From contig OX597822.1 in the NCBI GenBank assembly GCA_951406725.2, forward strand, positions 86,242,001-86,306,000: a stretch of DNA of 64,000 nt. The letters are read 5' to 3'. The position numbers and the translations under genes are program-made. Source of the stretch: Octopus vulgaris. Lineage: Eukaryota. Each line of letters starts with the position of its first letter. The stretch's first letter is position 1. Shown piece by piece: positions 1-13,130 of the stretch. A model generated the notes under the pieces. It saw only the letters and a list, made by a program, of their open reading frames with translations. It searched no databases and was not told the origin of the DNA.

Positions 1-199
1 CTGGTTCTGTTTGAAAATTATGTTAAAGGTACAAAATAAAAAAAGAATATCTGTGGAATACTCAGTCAGTTATATGTTAATTCAGATTAGATACTGTTGA
101 ACAAACAACCAGATCCTCTTCATCAAACACCACCATATATACATATACATATATACATATAAATGTGTGTGTGTATACACACACACACACACACATTGT

Positions 200-1830
200 G
201 ACATGTGGAAACCCTAGACATGCAAGATATGGAGTGAGGTCATGGGGTAGGCTGACAGAGAAGGCAGATGCCCTCTGTATCCAATTACACTGGGTAATTA
301 AATGCCAAGGACACTCAAGAAATCTATTTCCTCAAATTCTGAGACAGTTCTCTTGAAGTATTTGTTAGCTTTTATTACCAAGGTAACATAATTAACTGTG
401 AGATGGGGAAGGGGTGATCCAAAAATGAAGATGCCAAAGTAAGAACTAGTTGTGGAAAAAATCATGGAACTGTTACCTCTACTGGCAGCAAAGAAAGGAC
501 GGTGCTTGGGTATGAAGTGCAATGCTGCATAGCAGTGAGGCATGAGGCTTGAATGTAGAAGACTTGCAAAGATTAGAAAGAAATGAAGCAAGCATACTTT
601 GTTGGTTGTATCATATCAACATACATGAATGATGCAATACAAATGAGCTGAAAGAAAAACTAGGTCTAAGAAGAGTCAGCATGAGAGAAGACTACACTGG
701 TAATAGGATGCATCTGGAGAATGACAGCCGTGTAAAGATGTGCCAAACACCCCAGATGAATGATATCTGTAGAAGAGAGAGGCAAGGAAGACTTAGGACA
801 AGGTGGGTAAAGATTGATCTCAAGTTGTTATATTTTATGAAAAAGATGGCAAAAGTCTGTTCATTCAGGATATGTGGAACTAGAAAAGACCTAACCACAT
901 GAGCTTGATAAAATGTATATTAAAATGATAGATGGAAATATTGATAGGGGCTGGGATATAAGAGAAGGCATCAAATCTAATGGTAGCTGATGCACCCTGT
1001 CCAATTTATGCTCCCATTTATGCCTACCACTACTCCTGCCATCCAGGTTATTCTGTTACTGATACCATCACCAACTCTGCCATCCATCACCAAATGACTC
1101 TTCTTTATTGTTAACTGCCATTTCCTTTGCCTCTAACTCACTCCTTACTGACATCCATTGCACTCTCTGCTGCTGACCATTTCCACAACTATCCATCACA
1201 CAAATTTTCTCTCCCTCTCTCTCTCTCTCTTAAACATCTAGCTATTATTACTATTACCTTTACTAACTTCTCATCACCTCAGCTATTACTGTCTCCCTCC
1301 TAATTCCTCCCAATCTCTCTCTTTCCTCTGCCATACTCCTTTTCTTTCACCCTATCCTTCTTCTGTAACCACCCTCTCTTCTACTCACTCAGTTAATCAT
1401 ATTCCCTCAACAAACAGACACAACACAGAGTAGGGAGGACTCTTCAGTCTTTCCGAGGTCAAGGCAACACCACTAATGTTGGTGCCACAATTGAATGCAC
1501 CCGATGCCCGTCATAAAGTATTTGGTGAATAACTGGAGAAATTGTACACCCAAGAGGACCCTTTAAGCTTATTGAGGATCTGACAACTTTTCTAGTACTG
1601 GTACCACATTAAAATGCACCTTATATATTCTGTATAGTTGGTATTAGCACAGGCAGTCATAGAAACCATTCCCTAAATGAAACATATGGTTGAGATATGA
1701 TCTTTAACCTGTCTGGGAAGATAGTAAATCTAAATAAGAACTAACTCAGGCCATGATGAATCATTCACCCCACACCAACATGGAAAGCAGACTTGAAATA
1801 ATGTAGAAGATGGTGGTGATGATGATGATG
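200..1830 (+). mobile_element. Old, highly decayed 3' part of an RTE-clade LINE with a pyrimidine-rich 3' UTR and (GAT)n tail
   Basis: 580-810 resembles the C-terminal coding region of the younger copy at 19720-19980. 1590-1830 resembles its 3' tail (..tgcacc..ttggtattag..ccaacatggaaagcagac..gatgatgatg). Boundaries approximate. Confidence 0.6.
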
Positions 1831-1930
1831 AGGAGGAAGAGGAGGGGGTTGAGATTCTTCAATGAGTCTGCCTGTGTTGTTGTTGTTATTATTATGTGTT
1901 TATTTGCCTATCATTTCTGTCTCTTATTAG

Positions 1931-2035
1931 GACTGTGTGTAATGAAGATTTGATGAATTTTGCTGAATATGGATGTAATTTGGAACAGTTGGACATCCTT
2001 GGTATTTGGGAAGTGTCTGAAGACTGTGTTTATAG
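1931..2035 (+). CDS. FBXL4: F-box/LRR-repeat protein 4-like, penultimate coding exon
   Basis: Flanked by ttattag| and |gtcagt, phase 2 at both ends. Translates (R)TVCNEDLMNFAEYGCNLEQLDILGIWEVSEDCVY(R), matching the recalled FBXL4 LRR segment RSVCDTD..CTRLQQLDILG. Confidence 0.85.
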
Positions 2036-2589
2036 GTCAGTTTTTTTTTTGTTTTTTTTTTGGAGCAGATTTTATTCTTTTCACATAAATAAAGAAGTGA
2101 GTGTAGTATTTTGAATCCAAAATGAAGTTTTAAGCTTGCAGATTTTCAAGTGATGATGTCAGTTTGCATGATGCAAATATAGAGAGAGAAACTTTTCAGT
2201 TGATGTTGCTAACTTGAATAATCGTCATCACCACCACCACCACCACCTCCCCCCCCTTCTCCTTCCAATTTTTCACAAAATGTAATCAACTTGTGTGTCA
2301 TAACAACATAATTCATGACATGCAATTTGTGGAATTCAGATTCTATATCTATTTTAATAATTTGGGTATCGTCCAATTTTAAATTTTAAATTATCTTTCA
2401 AGTAGTAGCTTTCAGTAACATCTGAAACTTTCTGTGAATTCTGGAATATTTAAATCAAATATCAAGAAACTATTTCTTGCCCTAATATTTGCCTTCTCCT
2501 CCCATAAGACCCTCATAAACACTTTCAGCTCTTTCTAAAATTAAATCCCCAAATCATTTGCATATCATAATGTATAGTGTTGTCCCATA

Positions 2590-4210
2590 CTTTAAATAAT
2601 GGTGTCTACAGTTGATGAGATGAAAAGAAATGATTGAGTGAGAGAGCAGTGCAAAAAAGGAAAGACTTGAGAGTGTGAAAAATAGTTGCACCTCCTGAAC
2701 CAAGCGGTAATTTCTCTGAACAGCATTTCCTCACAAGGTTGAAGGTCTTCGCTGAAATACCGAACATATACCATCATCAAACATTGATTGTCCACAACAG
2801 TTGATTCATCCACTTGTATAGAAAATTTAGAACGCTGGAGAATATTAATGAGCTAATGTTTGACATTGTTGGCCATTTCATCGATGCGTTGACAAACTAT
2901 GTTATTACTAAATGGGATCTTCTTCATAATGTTATCACGTTTTTTGTGCATAACAGTTGACAAAACCTCTTCAATAACTGAGCAAAGTTAGGGTTAGGGT
3001 TCCAATTGTGTGAAACTTCCCAGACTTAGCAACAAGCAATACAAGTTTGTATGACGCAATCAACCCGTCATTCTCCTGTTTACTAGTTTCCTGGAGTAGT
3101 GTGTTGAATGTTTGTGTTTGCATTTTGAAAGAGGAACCCAGTTGCAAAAAGTATGATAACGGCTTCTCCTTCTTGTCAGAATGCTTTGCATCAAAGTGAT
3201 ACTTCAAGTTTGAAGGTTTTATTGCTTTGTTGGTCAATGTTTGATGGCAAAGAAGGCAAATTGGTAACTAACAGTTCTGAGGAGAGGGAATCAATCCAAA
3301 CGATAAATAATCACTGAACTGTCGACACATTATCTTGACTGGAGGCATCAGTAAAGTGAAAATGAATTTCTACAGACGGTGTCAGAAAGGCAGTATGGTA
3401 TTCTCAAAGAGAAGAAGAAGTCAATAGAGCAGAGTCAGATGACACATCTTTACTGGAGCAAATACAGATCTAGTTCATTTGGCTGCCAGCATTTCAAAGA
3501 TTAAAGTTTATCGAACATTTTAAAATTTGGCACATTAATGTACCTTTCCAAGTTAAATTGATGGAGTTATTCAACTTTTTCTAGAAAAATGTTTTTAAAA
3601 AGTTATAGAGGTTTAAAGTATGATCATTTTCACCCAATCAAGAAATACAATTTCAAAGCTGTCATTTTGTGTGACGGTACATTTTGTCAACATCCTGAAA
3701 ATAGCACTTGTGTTTTGATATGAAACCACAGAATCACACATGACATATAACCCTCATAACTTTTTTTTATTATTTGGAGGTTTCAGGAAATTTTGGCGAA
3801 TTTGAATTCTACACGTGGAACTTCATACAATTATGGCAAAAAAAAAAAAATTTGTAGTGGAGTGTGATTTAAGGCCTAGGCTTGATTGGCTGCTATTTTT
3901 AGCACGCATGATAACCATTTCAATGACTGCGACAAAAATATTCGATCGATAAACAAGTTCACGTTTTTAATACAAAGTGACATCTTATGTGAGTAGTCAA
4001 ATCGATAAAAGTGCATCCTTATTCTAGGAATGCCTAGATATCAGTAAATGCAGACTTGATTTCTAAAAATTCATTGTCACTTACAAAATGTTCATATTGC
4101 CCATCAAAATCTCAAATCGTCCACCATTTTCCAGTAATGTGCCCATCACCTACCTATAAGTTGAAATCGCCCACCAGTGGATGATATCACCCTGCTTTGG
4201 GAAGCTATGA
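2590..4210 (-). mobile_element. hAT (Buster/Charlie-type) DNA transposon remnant inside the last FBXL4 intron
   Basis: Minus-strand pseudo-ORF from ~3348: BED finger (CLLC...KPSNLKYHFDAKH), SNNIVCQRIDEM, and FSIQVDEST...VYVRY with the first catalytic D. Near 4190-4216 a Charlie-like terminus (rc CATAGCTTCCCAAAGCAGGG) sits next to TCTAGA, with subterminal GCCCA(T/C)CA repeats. Confidence 0.75.
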
Positions 4211-4304
4211 TCTAGATTGATAAGCCATTAATATAAACCAGATTGTTCATTTACAAAATCAAATAAAGTTATGTTGGAAGAAAATTATTTACATGAAAGG
4301 TTAT

Positions 4305-4500
4305 TGTTCTCATATAACAATAACCTTTTCAATGTGCGTGATGTACCAGTTAAAACACTTTTTTACACTTCTTGCATGGATGGTAAAACAGATCATTCTC
4401 AAATAGTCTTCAGTTCCTTTTTTGATCATTCCTTGTGATCCTACAATCACTGGTATGGTAACAAACTTGAGATGCCACATTTTTTCCAATGTCAATGATA
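4305..4500 (-). mobile_element. R4/Dong-like (restriction-endonuclease-type) non-LTR retrotransposon 3' fragment
   Basis: Translates LEKMWHLKFVTIPVIVGSQGMIKKGTEDYLRMI, typical of the C-terminal RLE end of R4/Dong ORFs. Abuts (ACT)n/(ATC)n/(ATT)n microsatellite. Confidence 0.6.
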
Positions 4501-4566
4501 CTACTACTACTATTGTTATCATCATCATCATCATCATCATTATTATTATTATTATATTTTATTTAG

Positions 4567-4702
4567 GATCCTACAGAACTGCCACAAACTACGTTTCTTG
4601 GATGTTTCCTTCTGTGATGATATCAAAGAATCTTCTGTGAACTTTTGGCGCCAGGCATTCCCTCATGTTTCAATCAAAAAGAGTTATTCAACCAATCATT
4701 AG
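4567..4702 (+). CDS. FBXL4: F-box/LRR-repeat protein 4-like, terminal coding exon
   Basis: Acceptor atttag|G joins in frame with the 1931-2035 exon. Translates (R)ILQNCHKLRFLDVSFCDDIKESSVNFWRQAFPHVSIKKSYSTNH*, matching the FBXL4 C-terminus LLDVSFC...FPKVFIKKSF. Stop TAG at 4700-4702. Confidence 0.85.
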
Positions 4703-4735
4703 ATCTATATATTCTACAATTGTTATCTTTCATTA

Positions 4736-4787
4736 AATAAAGAAAATTCATCTGCCATGACTTGAACCACAATCCGGAAAAAATAAA
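4736..4787 (+). terminator. Candidate polyadenylation signals of FBXL4
   Basis: AATAAA at ~4736 and ~4782, shortly after the stop codon and followed by a T-rich tract. Use not demonstrated. Confidence 0.35.
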
Positions 4788-6244
4788 ATGCTTAATTCTA
4801 AACTTTGACAGTTTTTTTTTTTGCTTGGAGAAAATTTCCTAAGGTATCCTTTTGATATTTTCCTATGTTCAGTGTGGAAGTGAAGACTTGTTTTATAATC
4901 CATTATAACCATTATAATCCTCTTCAAGCAATATGTCTAGGAAATGTAAATCTGGAAAATACTTTTATTTACAAGAAGAATTGAACAGAGTACTGCACAC
5001 TGGCCAAATATTCTTCAATTTTCCATTTCTGTAACTGGCATAAAGTTTTGAAATACACCTACCCTGTGGTGCCTATTTATAGAGGTTGAGCTGTTGAGAA
5101 TTTCTCTGTTACAACCATTTCTACAGAGCAGCAATTGTAATAGAATATGAACTACTGACATCTATGGCTGGTGGTTTGGCAGTTTATCAAGTCAGTTGTA
5201 ACTCATACAGTGTGTGTGTGTGTTTGGATTATGGGAAGGAGGCAGGGAGGGAAAGAGGGAGATGTGAGTGGGTGTATAGGGAAAAGAGAGAAGGTGAGGG
5301 GAGACAGAGATGAAGGGTTATAGTCTTTTAAACCACTCTTTCTCTGGCAACTATCCTCTCATCATGCTTTTAATCATTATGGGTTTGTTTAAGCGCAATG
5401 ATCTTCATCTTTGTACCATAACAACTACCTTTTGTATTAGTGTATAGCCCATAACTTTGTTCAGAAAGGGAATGAATAGAACGTGTGTGTGTGTTACACA
5501 TTATTATTTTTTTTTTTTAATCTGTCATTAGATCCAAGCCATAGTTTCTTTTTACTATTTAAATAGATATCTAATGACTTCAGTGGGTGCAAACCCTTTG
5601 CATAGCCTGAGGAATAGAGAGAGAGCTATTCAGATTAATGTTACTTCTGTTGGCTTAAAGCCACATGAGTCTAATATTATAATTAGCTAAATATGGCTTT
5701 ACACACTTACCTTCAAGTGTATAGTCATCACCATCATCATCATGATGGGGTGTTAAATCAGTAGTTTTTAATTGGATCCAGCAACCTTAGAGCTTGTTGC
5801 TTTTGCCTAATTAACTCCAGTCAGTGGCACCAAAACAACAGCTTTGCCAATATTAACACACAAACATTAACAAGTTAAAATTCACTCTTTTTGAGAAACA
5901 CGTCCAATAATGAATCTAGCATTGACCTCCCGGCAGTTGTTTAAGTGTCAATACCTCTTCAGAATATTATTGTTCTTGACATTCAATATTTTGTCATCAA
6001 GTCTAAGAAGCAGAGAGGGTGAGCTTTAAGATAACTTTCAACCTACCACAGCAGTTTACATTAGAGATTTAGATTGCTTTAAGTAGGAAATACATTGGAA
6101 TATGTACTCAAAAGAAAGTACATCGAGTTTTTATCTTTCAGAGATAGTTCCATGATGGCTTCTTTGATTTCACCAAATATTACTCAACCTAAGCTTTTTG
6201 ATTTTTCCTCAATGGTAAATCTTCCTTTACTAATTGAGAATTCA

Positions 6245-6450
6245 CCCATTTGATGTCCACTTTTCCATGCTGGCATGGGTTGGACAGTTTCACATGAAGC
6301 TGGCAAGTTGGAGAGCTACACCAGGTTCCAATCTTCTGTACTGGAATGGTTTCTATGGCTGGATGCTCTTCATAATGCCAATCACTTTACAGAGTGTACT
6401 GGGTGCTTTTTATGTGGCACCAGTACAGGTGCTTTTTTTGGTGAAGCACC
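6245..6450 (-). mobile_element. RTE LINE 3' tail fragment
   Basis: ttccatgctggcatgggttggac...ggatgctcttcataatgccaatcac...gggtgctttttatgtggcacc is the reverse complement of the tail at 20460-20640. Confidence 0.75.
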
Positions 6451-6939
6451 GATAATATACTTGGTTCAATTAAATCAACAGTTCCATTATTCCCTACCAA
6501 AAATAACCTTGTGCCTTTATTAAGAATTACAATAATTTTTAATAAAAAGACAGAAGACTTATTTTTTTTTATTTTCATTGTTGTTTTCAAACCTAACCAG
6601 AAACATTTTAACATTTCTTAAGAACTGTTCATAAAAATGTTTAATAAAACGTTTGTGACAAAATGGCCATTGGTAATCTTGTTATTTTTTCAGTTTTATC
6701 ATTTCCAATTCTATGTAAAGTAAATAATGTTGTTAATGTTAAAATCTCAAGGAAAGCTATTAGATTTCATTTCTCAGTAATTTTAGGATAGAAGAGCTAT
6801 AAAAAACCTCCACATTCTACTACACACTCACACGCACACATACACACACTCATACAGACTATTGTCATGGTCTGCGCGATTGTATGTGTGACAGCATACA
6901 ATATTTGTAGCAACAGACATTGCTATCATGCTGTAGCTG

Positions 6940-7430
6940 TTTCTGTATGTATGACAGAGTGTAAGCATCACGAGATAAAAATTGGGCATAAGAGGTATCA
7001 GATGCAGTGTGCAGGCGAGAAGACTGTACTGGTATGATCATGTAATGTGTATGGACAAGGACAACTATGTAAAGAAGTGCCGATCTTTAAGTGTGGTGGG
7101 TACCTGTGGAAGAAGTAGACTCAGGAAGACATGGAACAAGATGGTGAAGCATGATCTGTGGATGTAGGGTGTCACAAAGGTGGTAACAAGTGATTGTGAC
7201 CTTTAGCAACTTGCTGTGCTTGAGAGACACACATCAAGCCAAGTGAAATCGTAGTCATGACTAGTGCTGATGACATGTAAAAGTGGTTGGCATGTTAGGA
7301 AGGGCATCCAGCTGTGGAAATCAAGACAAATCAGACTGGATCCTAGTACAGCTCTCCAGCTTACCTGTCCCAGTTAAACTGTCTAACCATTGTCAGCATG
7401 GAAAACGGATGCTACATGATGGAGATGAAA
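6940..7430 (+). mobile_element. RTE LINE 3' fragment (C-terminus plus tail)
   Basis: Translates RRLYWYDHV...VKKCRSLSVVGTCGRSRLRKTW, followed by the ttaggaagggcatccagc...catggaaaacggatg tail. Confidence 0.8.
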
Positions 7431-7456
7431 CATAGAAAATATGTTGAATATGCATA

Positions 7457-7519
<63 letters not shown>

Positions 7520-7949
7520 GAGCAGAGATACCCGGCGTTGCCCGTGTTACATACAATTGAAGAATTAGACTTTTCTGTTATATTTTCTTTAATGAACTGG
7601 AATATCTATGTTTTGAATTTCATCAAAATTGCAGATGAGGGTTATTTCCCTCTTTTCACAGCCCCGAAAAATAGTAATCGTGCCACATGTATCCCATACC
7701 ACTGATTTTTATGCGCATATTCCAAAATTCCAGTCTTATTGAACCTGTTAAAAAGATTTTGCTCCTGAAAAATGAAGGTCATGCAGCACTAAATGTGAGA
7801 GTTAAGGCCCTTGTTGGGGGTGGGCATCTTAATGTCAACCAGAGAAGTTGAATTGTTGAGAATCTTTTTAACTTGGGTCTTATATCTATTGTTTGAATTT
7901 CTTTGAAATAGGAAATATATATTCACTGGGTTTGTAAAAGAGAGCAAAG

Positions 7950-8675
7950 CAGATGGACCAAGGGCCTTCTTCAAACCGGCATACATCCCTCAGGTGTCAC
8001 CACTGTCAGCAGCTGAGTGGATACTCTGACAGATTTCCTGCCAATAACTATTTGCACAGCGTCTGGCAGTCAGTTGGGTTTTATTTCTTGCCTTTCTGAG
8101 TTCTTCGAGTGACTTTGTAGAAGAATCACTCTTGTATTGCCTCAGAGCTGCATGCTTTGCTTCGATAACTGTTTCCAGCTCTGAGAGCCCAGCACTGAAC
8201 AAAATCTGGGTTTTGCCTTTCTCTCATGCCGAAAGTATCTATTGATGTGGTATACAAAACTTCCCTGATATAATTCCACCTACTTTCAGCAGAGGAGGTT
8301 AGGCAGCTATTGAGAGCAACTTTGATAGAAACAGCAAAACATTTTTGCAGTGTAGGGTCCAAGGTTCTGGCAGTATTAATGCGTAGTCGGCCCATTTTCT
8401 TGGAGTGATGGACTTTTTTAGGCAGAATCCTCGCCCTGCTTCTTATTAGTGTCATAATCCACGCTGTGGTAATTATGGGTCAGTTGAACAAAATTCAGAA
8501 AGGATCTTCGTGTAATGATGAGATCCAGCTGATGCCAGTGGGGAGATCTTGGATGTCTCCAAGATGCCTTGTGGAATGTCTTGTTGGCAAAGAATGTGTT
8601 AGTGATGCACAGATTATGGTATGTGCAAAATTCAAGTAGTCTCTGACCATTGTCATTCATGTTGCCAATACCAAA
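7950..8675 (-). mobile_element. RTE (BovB-like) LINE fragment, APE endonuclease/tether region
   Basis: NDNGQRLLEFCTYHNLCITNTFF...SWRHPRSPHWHQLDLIITRR and ARRCANSYWQEICQSI...MYAGLKKALGP, with frameshifts. Confidence 0.85.
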
Positions 8676-8869
8676 ACACATACACTTACATATATACATA
8701 CATATATATACAATTGATTTGTTTCATTTCCTGTCTATAAAATCCATATATGTATATATATATGTGTACGTGTGTGTATACACACACACACACACACAAA
8801 GATAAATTGATAGATACAACTGAGTGGGCAAACAAAAATATGAGACACTGCATCGTGCTTTTTTATATT

Positions 8870-9185
8870 TTGATAAGCCTGGTACTTATTCTATCGGTTT
8901 CTTCTTGTGAAACCAGTAAGTTATGGGGATGTAAATAAACGAACACCAGTTGTGAAGCAGTGATGAGGGAGAAACACAAAGACACACACATAGACTTACA
9001 TATATACATACATATACATACAATTGATTTCTTTCAGTTTCTGTCTACAAAATCCACTGACAAGGCTTTGGTTGGTCTGCGGCTATAGCAGAAGACACAT
9101 GCCAAGTTACCACACAGTGGGACTGAACTGTGGACCATGTGTTTTGGAACCAAGTTTGTTACCACACAGCCATACCTGCACCTAT
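8870..9185 (-). mobile_element. tRNA-derived SINE (same family as 48068-48475)
   Basis: Reverse complement gives aggtgcaggtatggctgtgtggtaac...ggtccacagttcagtcccactgtg...gtggattttgtagacagaaactgaaaga. Confidence 0.75.
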
Positions 9186-9340
9186 GTATGTGTGTGTGTG
9201 TGTGTATAGGTGTGTATATGTGTATATATATATGTGTACATATTACATGTACATCTATTTATATATATACATCTAGATATACATGTATACATATATATCT
9301 ATAGAAATACATGTATACATATACAATCCATATATATACA

Positions 9341-9374
<34 letters not shown>

Positions 9375-11470
9375 ATAACGTTCTTAACCAATTTGGCACC
9401 ACTACTCTATAATAACGTTCTTAACCAATTTGGCACCACTCTCCACACACACATAGAGAAGAACTGGAAGAGATATCTTGATGACTGCTTCATCCTTTGG
9501 CCCGAAACCGTCGAGAAGCTTAAAGAATTTCACACCCTTATAAATGGGCTCAACAGAAACATTATTTTCACAATGGAATACAGCCCTCAATAAATTCCCT
9601 TCCTCGACATCCTCATTAAAATTCACAACAAAAAAATAGAAACAGACATATACTACAAGCCCACAGACTCCAAGCAATACCTCCCTTTCAATTCACGCCA
9701 CCCTAGACACGTTAAAATTAACATTCCCTACAACTTAACCAAGAGAATTTGCACTATAGTCTCCAATAAAAACACCCGTCTCTTACGTCTACAAGAACTT
9801 AGGGACACATTAACAAGCAGGGATTACCCCACCTCACTAATTGACAATGGGATCCAATGCGCCCTAAAACTCAGCACACAGGAACTTAGATGCCCTAAAC
9901 CTGTTACATCGAAACCCCATACTCTACCATACATCTCTACACACAACCCCCTCAACAATGAAGCTTTTGACACCATCCTCCAGAACATTCCTGTATTAAA
10001 AAAGGACCATAGAATGAACCAAATCCTCCTAACACACGAAATCATAAAGAGCAAAAGGCAACCCAAATCATTGAAAACCATCCTAACAAATGCCAAAGTA
10101 CTGCCAACCACAACAACTAAACCCACAGTAAACAAATGCAATAGACCCGACTGTGGTATATGCATCAACCTAATAGAAGGTCCGGAATTCCTTTTTAAAC
10201 AAGGACAACGTTTCACAGTAAAACACAACTTCACATGCGCATCAGAAAACCTAGTATATGTCTTAACTTGCTCGGGCTGTAATGAACACTACATAGGCCA
10301 AACTAAAAATAGCCTCCGCCAATGCATGACTGTCCACAGATCCCAAAATAAAAATACAGGAATACAGAAAAATAGTACTTAGTGCACATATTGATACCTG
10401 TGCCGCACAACTTCATCCCAATTTTAGAATCTTTCCCCTCTACAAATTTAAAGACAATGACACTTATACCCAGCGAATAACCATGGAATCCCACCTTATT
10501 AATAAATACAGACCACTTCTAAACACATTCCCCTAACACGAACCCACAACAAACACACTTACACCTGCACACACACTTTTACCCAGATATTAACACCATG
10601 ACACACGCAAATATATGGTTCCACACATACACATAATTTGATACGGGTGCAAAACATCCAACTCTATTTTTTGGAAATGACTGTAAATATTGACTTCACA
10701 CAAACACGTTGCTTCCCGATACAGGCACAAGGCCAGCAGAACTATAAATATTGAAAATTGTACCCACACACGCACACATATATACACGCGCGCGCCCCAA
10801 CATACATATAAACACGCACACACATACATATAGCTCTTCCTGTCCTAAACGAACTTACTTATCCAGCTCAAATTCAGTCAAGCGGAAAATACACTCCTTA
10901 ACTACGCAATAAAAAGCTATTTAAAATATCCACATGACGTCTACTGACCAGCCTGAACAATAAGAATTTTCAACAACGCTATTTTCGAAAACTCCATACA
11001 CTACCCACACCAACATTCATTCTAAACATTCACGTGACCTCTCTATTATGACCACATCCATGTGACCTCTTTATTATGACCAATAAGAAATTTTAGGCGC
11101 GACACTAGCCAAATTTTAACATCTCTGGAGCCTATTTTCTTACCCCAACACCAACTTCCATTCAAACATTCACGTGACCCCTTTATAATGACCAATCAAA
11201 ATTGTATTGACCATTGTCCACAAGAAATTTTAGGCGCGAAACCAAGCAAATCTTAAACAACTCTGGAGCCTCTTTTTTCACATATAAGAGACAGCAAACC
11301 CAACATAAAGTCAGATAAGAGAAAAAAATCTATCAGAAAGGAACTCTATCTCTCTTAAAAAATATCTTTTGATAAGCATAACAAATGCGCAACCGGTAAA
11401 AAGAACTTTCACCTAATTAAATACACTCTCCCCTACTTAAATTATTTTGTCAGCATTTTCTTCATTTCCT
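9375..11470 (+). mobile_element. 5'-truncated Penelope-like element (RT C-terminus, GIY-YIG endonuclease, 3' region)
   Basis: WKRYLDDCFILW, FLDILI...TDIYYKPTDSKQYL..HP, CNRPDCGIC..., NLVYVLTCSGCNEHYIGQT...HR. One stop at 9591 and a frameshift near 10345; ORF ends ~10535. A degenerate hammerhead lies at 11365-11405. Confidence 0.9.
10930..11280 (+). repeat. Degenerate tandem repeats in the Penelope 3' region
   Basis: Recurring aacattcacgtgacc...atgacca and aagaaattttaggcgcga units with ~140-bp periodicity. Confidence 0.6.
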
Positions 11471-11754
11471 TTATATATATATATATATATATACACCCAT
11501 ATACATACAATAGAGAGATGCTTTTGTTTCACTTTTAACACGTAATACTGAAATAGTGGAGAAGATGAGATATTGCTGTGGGCTCGCCCTAGGCAAGAAG
11601 TTAAACATTTTTTTTCGCCCATAACAACCCATGGACCCTAAGTAAGGTATGTGTAAAACTTGAATGAAATTGGTTGTGTAGTTCTCAAGTTTTAGGGATT
11701 CACACAGACAGACAGACAGACAGATACACATTCTCAGTTTTATATACATATATA

Positions 11755-12800
11755 CTAGCAGAGATACCTGGCGTTGCCCGGTTACATTCAATTGAAGAAT
11801 TAGACTTTTCTGTTATATTTTCTGAATGAACTGGAATATCTATGTTTCGAATTTCATCAAAATTGCAGATGAGGGTTATTTCCCTCTTTACACACCCTAA
11901 AAAAATTGTAATCATGCCACATGGAAACCAAAAGACGAATGATCACAATAAGCAGTCAGTTACCCTAGTCGTTACCACTCCCAATGTAGGATTCCTCACC
12001 ATCCAGGTGACAGGCACAGCCATAAGATGCATTACAAATCTATAGCAATTGGAAGGGCGTGACCCAACTGAAATCAATATTAACAACTGTGTGACGTAAG
12101 GGCTAAGAAGAAATTAAAGTGTCACCTCTGGAGTTTGAAATGACCACTATACTGATACGTAACTGGACAGAATAAATTTAAAATCTATAAATGTCTTTGA
12201 ATAACCAGTCACTCATCTGGGAAGGCCTTGTAATCAATGTTACCATCTGGGGACTATGTGTGACCGAGTGATAATAAAAAGACTGAAAGGAGGTCTGCAA
12301 CCAAATAACTTTACTCAACACTTTGCAACTGAATCAGTGGAGACAAAGATGCCTCTCATTTACTTAACAATTTATGCACCACATTACAGAAATCACAATG
12401 TAAGTGTATGTCAAAGCAAACTGTTACACTGTTGTACCATTGAATTAGAAATAATGCCCAACTTTTATGCTCGGGTAACCCTACAGCTTCCAAGAGCACA
12501 ACTATATTCGTTTTTGCTTAGATAAAATGACAAAATTGTGGGTGTTAAGGCCCCATGGAGGGGGTCTTTCTAACTTTGTAAGAAGATGAAATTTTATAAA
12601 TATTACTTCATTTGTGTCTAATATCTATGGTTAAAATTTCATCAACAGCAAAAAATATATGAATTGTCATGGGGGTTATGACCCTTATGCTTAGAATATA
12701 ATTTCCAAATTTCATAAAGATCCATTCAGTACTTTTGACCTAGTTTTGGATCATAAAAGAAATGACTAAAATTTGGGAGGTAAGGCTCCCATTAGGGTGT
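11755..12800 (-). mobile_element. Non-autonomous Helitron copy 2, 3' part
   Basis: CTAG at 11755-11758 next to the hairpin cctggcgttgcccgg. About 170 bp are nearly identical to 7518-7690. Confidence 0.7.
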
Positions 12801-12814
12801 TATATATATATATA

Positions 12815-12845
<31 letters not shown>

Positions 12846-13130
12846 AGATATAGATAGACACACACACAAAGATAAATTGATAGATACAACTGAGTGGGCA
12901 AACAAAAATATGAGACACAGCCTAGTGCTTTTTTATGTTGATAAACCTAGTACTTATTCTATTAGTTTGTTCTTGTGAAATCAGTATTTTTTGTGGATGT
13001 AAATAAACGAACAGCAGTTGTGAAGGAGTGATGAGGGCGAAACACAGACACAAAGACACACACATACACTTACATATATACATATATATACGATTGATTT
13101 GTTTCAGTTCCTGTCTACGAAATCCATATA

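Larger units (their letters stand above)
7517..11745 (-). mobile_element. Non-autonomous Helitron (Lep1-like architecture), copy 1, with nested RTE, SINE and Penelope insertions
   Basis: 3' end at 7517-7546 (rc GGGCAACGCCGGGTATCTCTGCTCGT, GC hairpin plus a CTAGT variant). 5' end at 11508-11745 (rc TATAAAACTGAGAATGTG...(CTGT)n...CCAATTTCATTCAAGTTT). Pairing of the two ends is inferred. Confidence 0.6.

Noticed and set aside
11930-12530. Possible Helitron Rep/helicase coding remnant
   Set aside because: No HUH or PIF1 helicase motifs recognisable in the frames examined.
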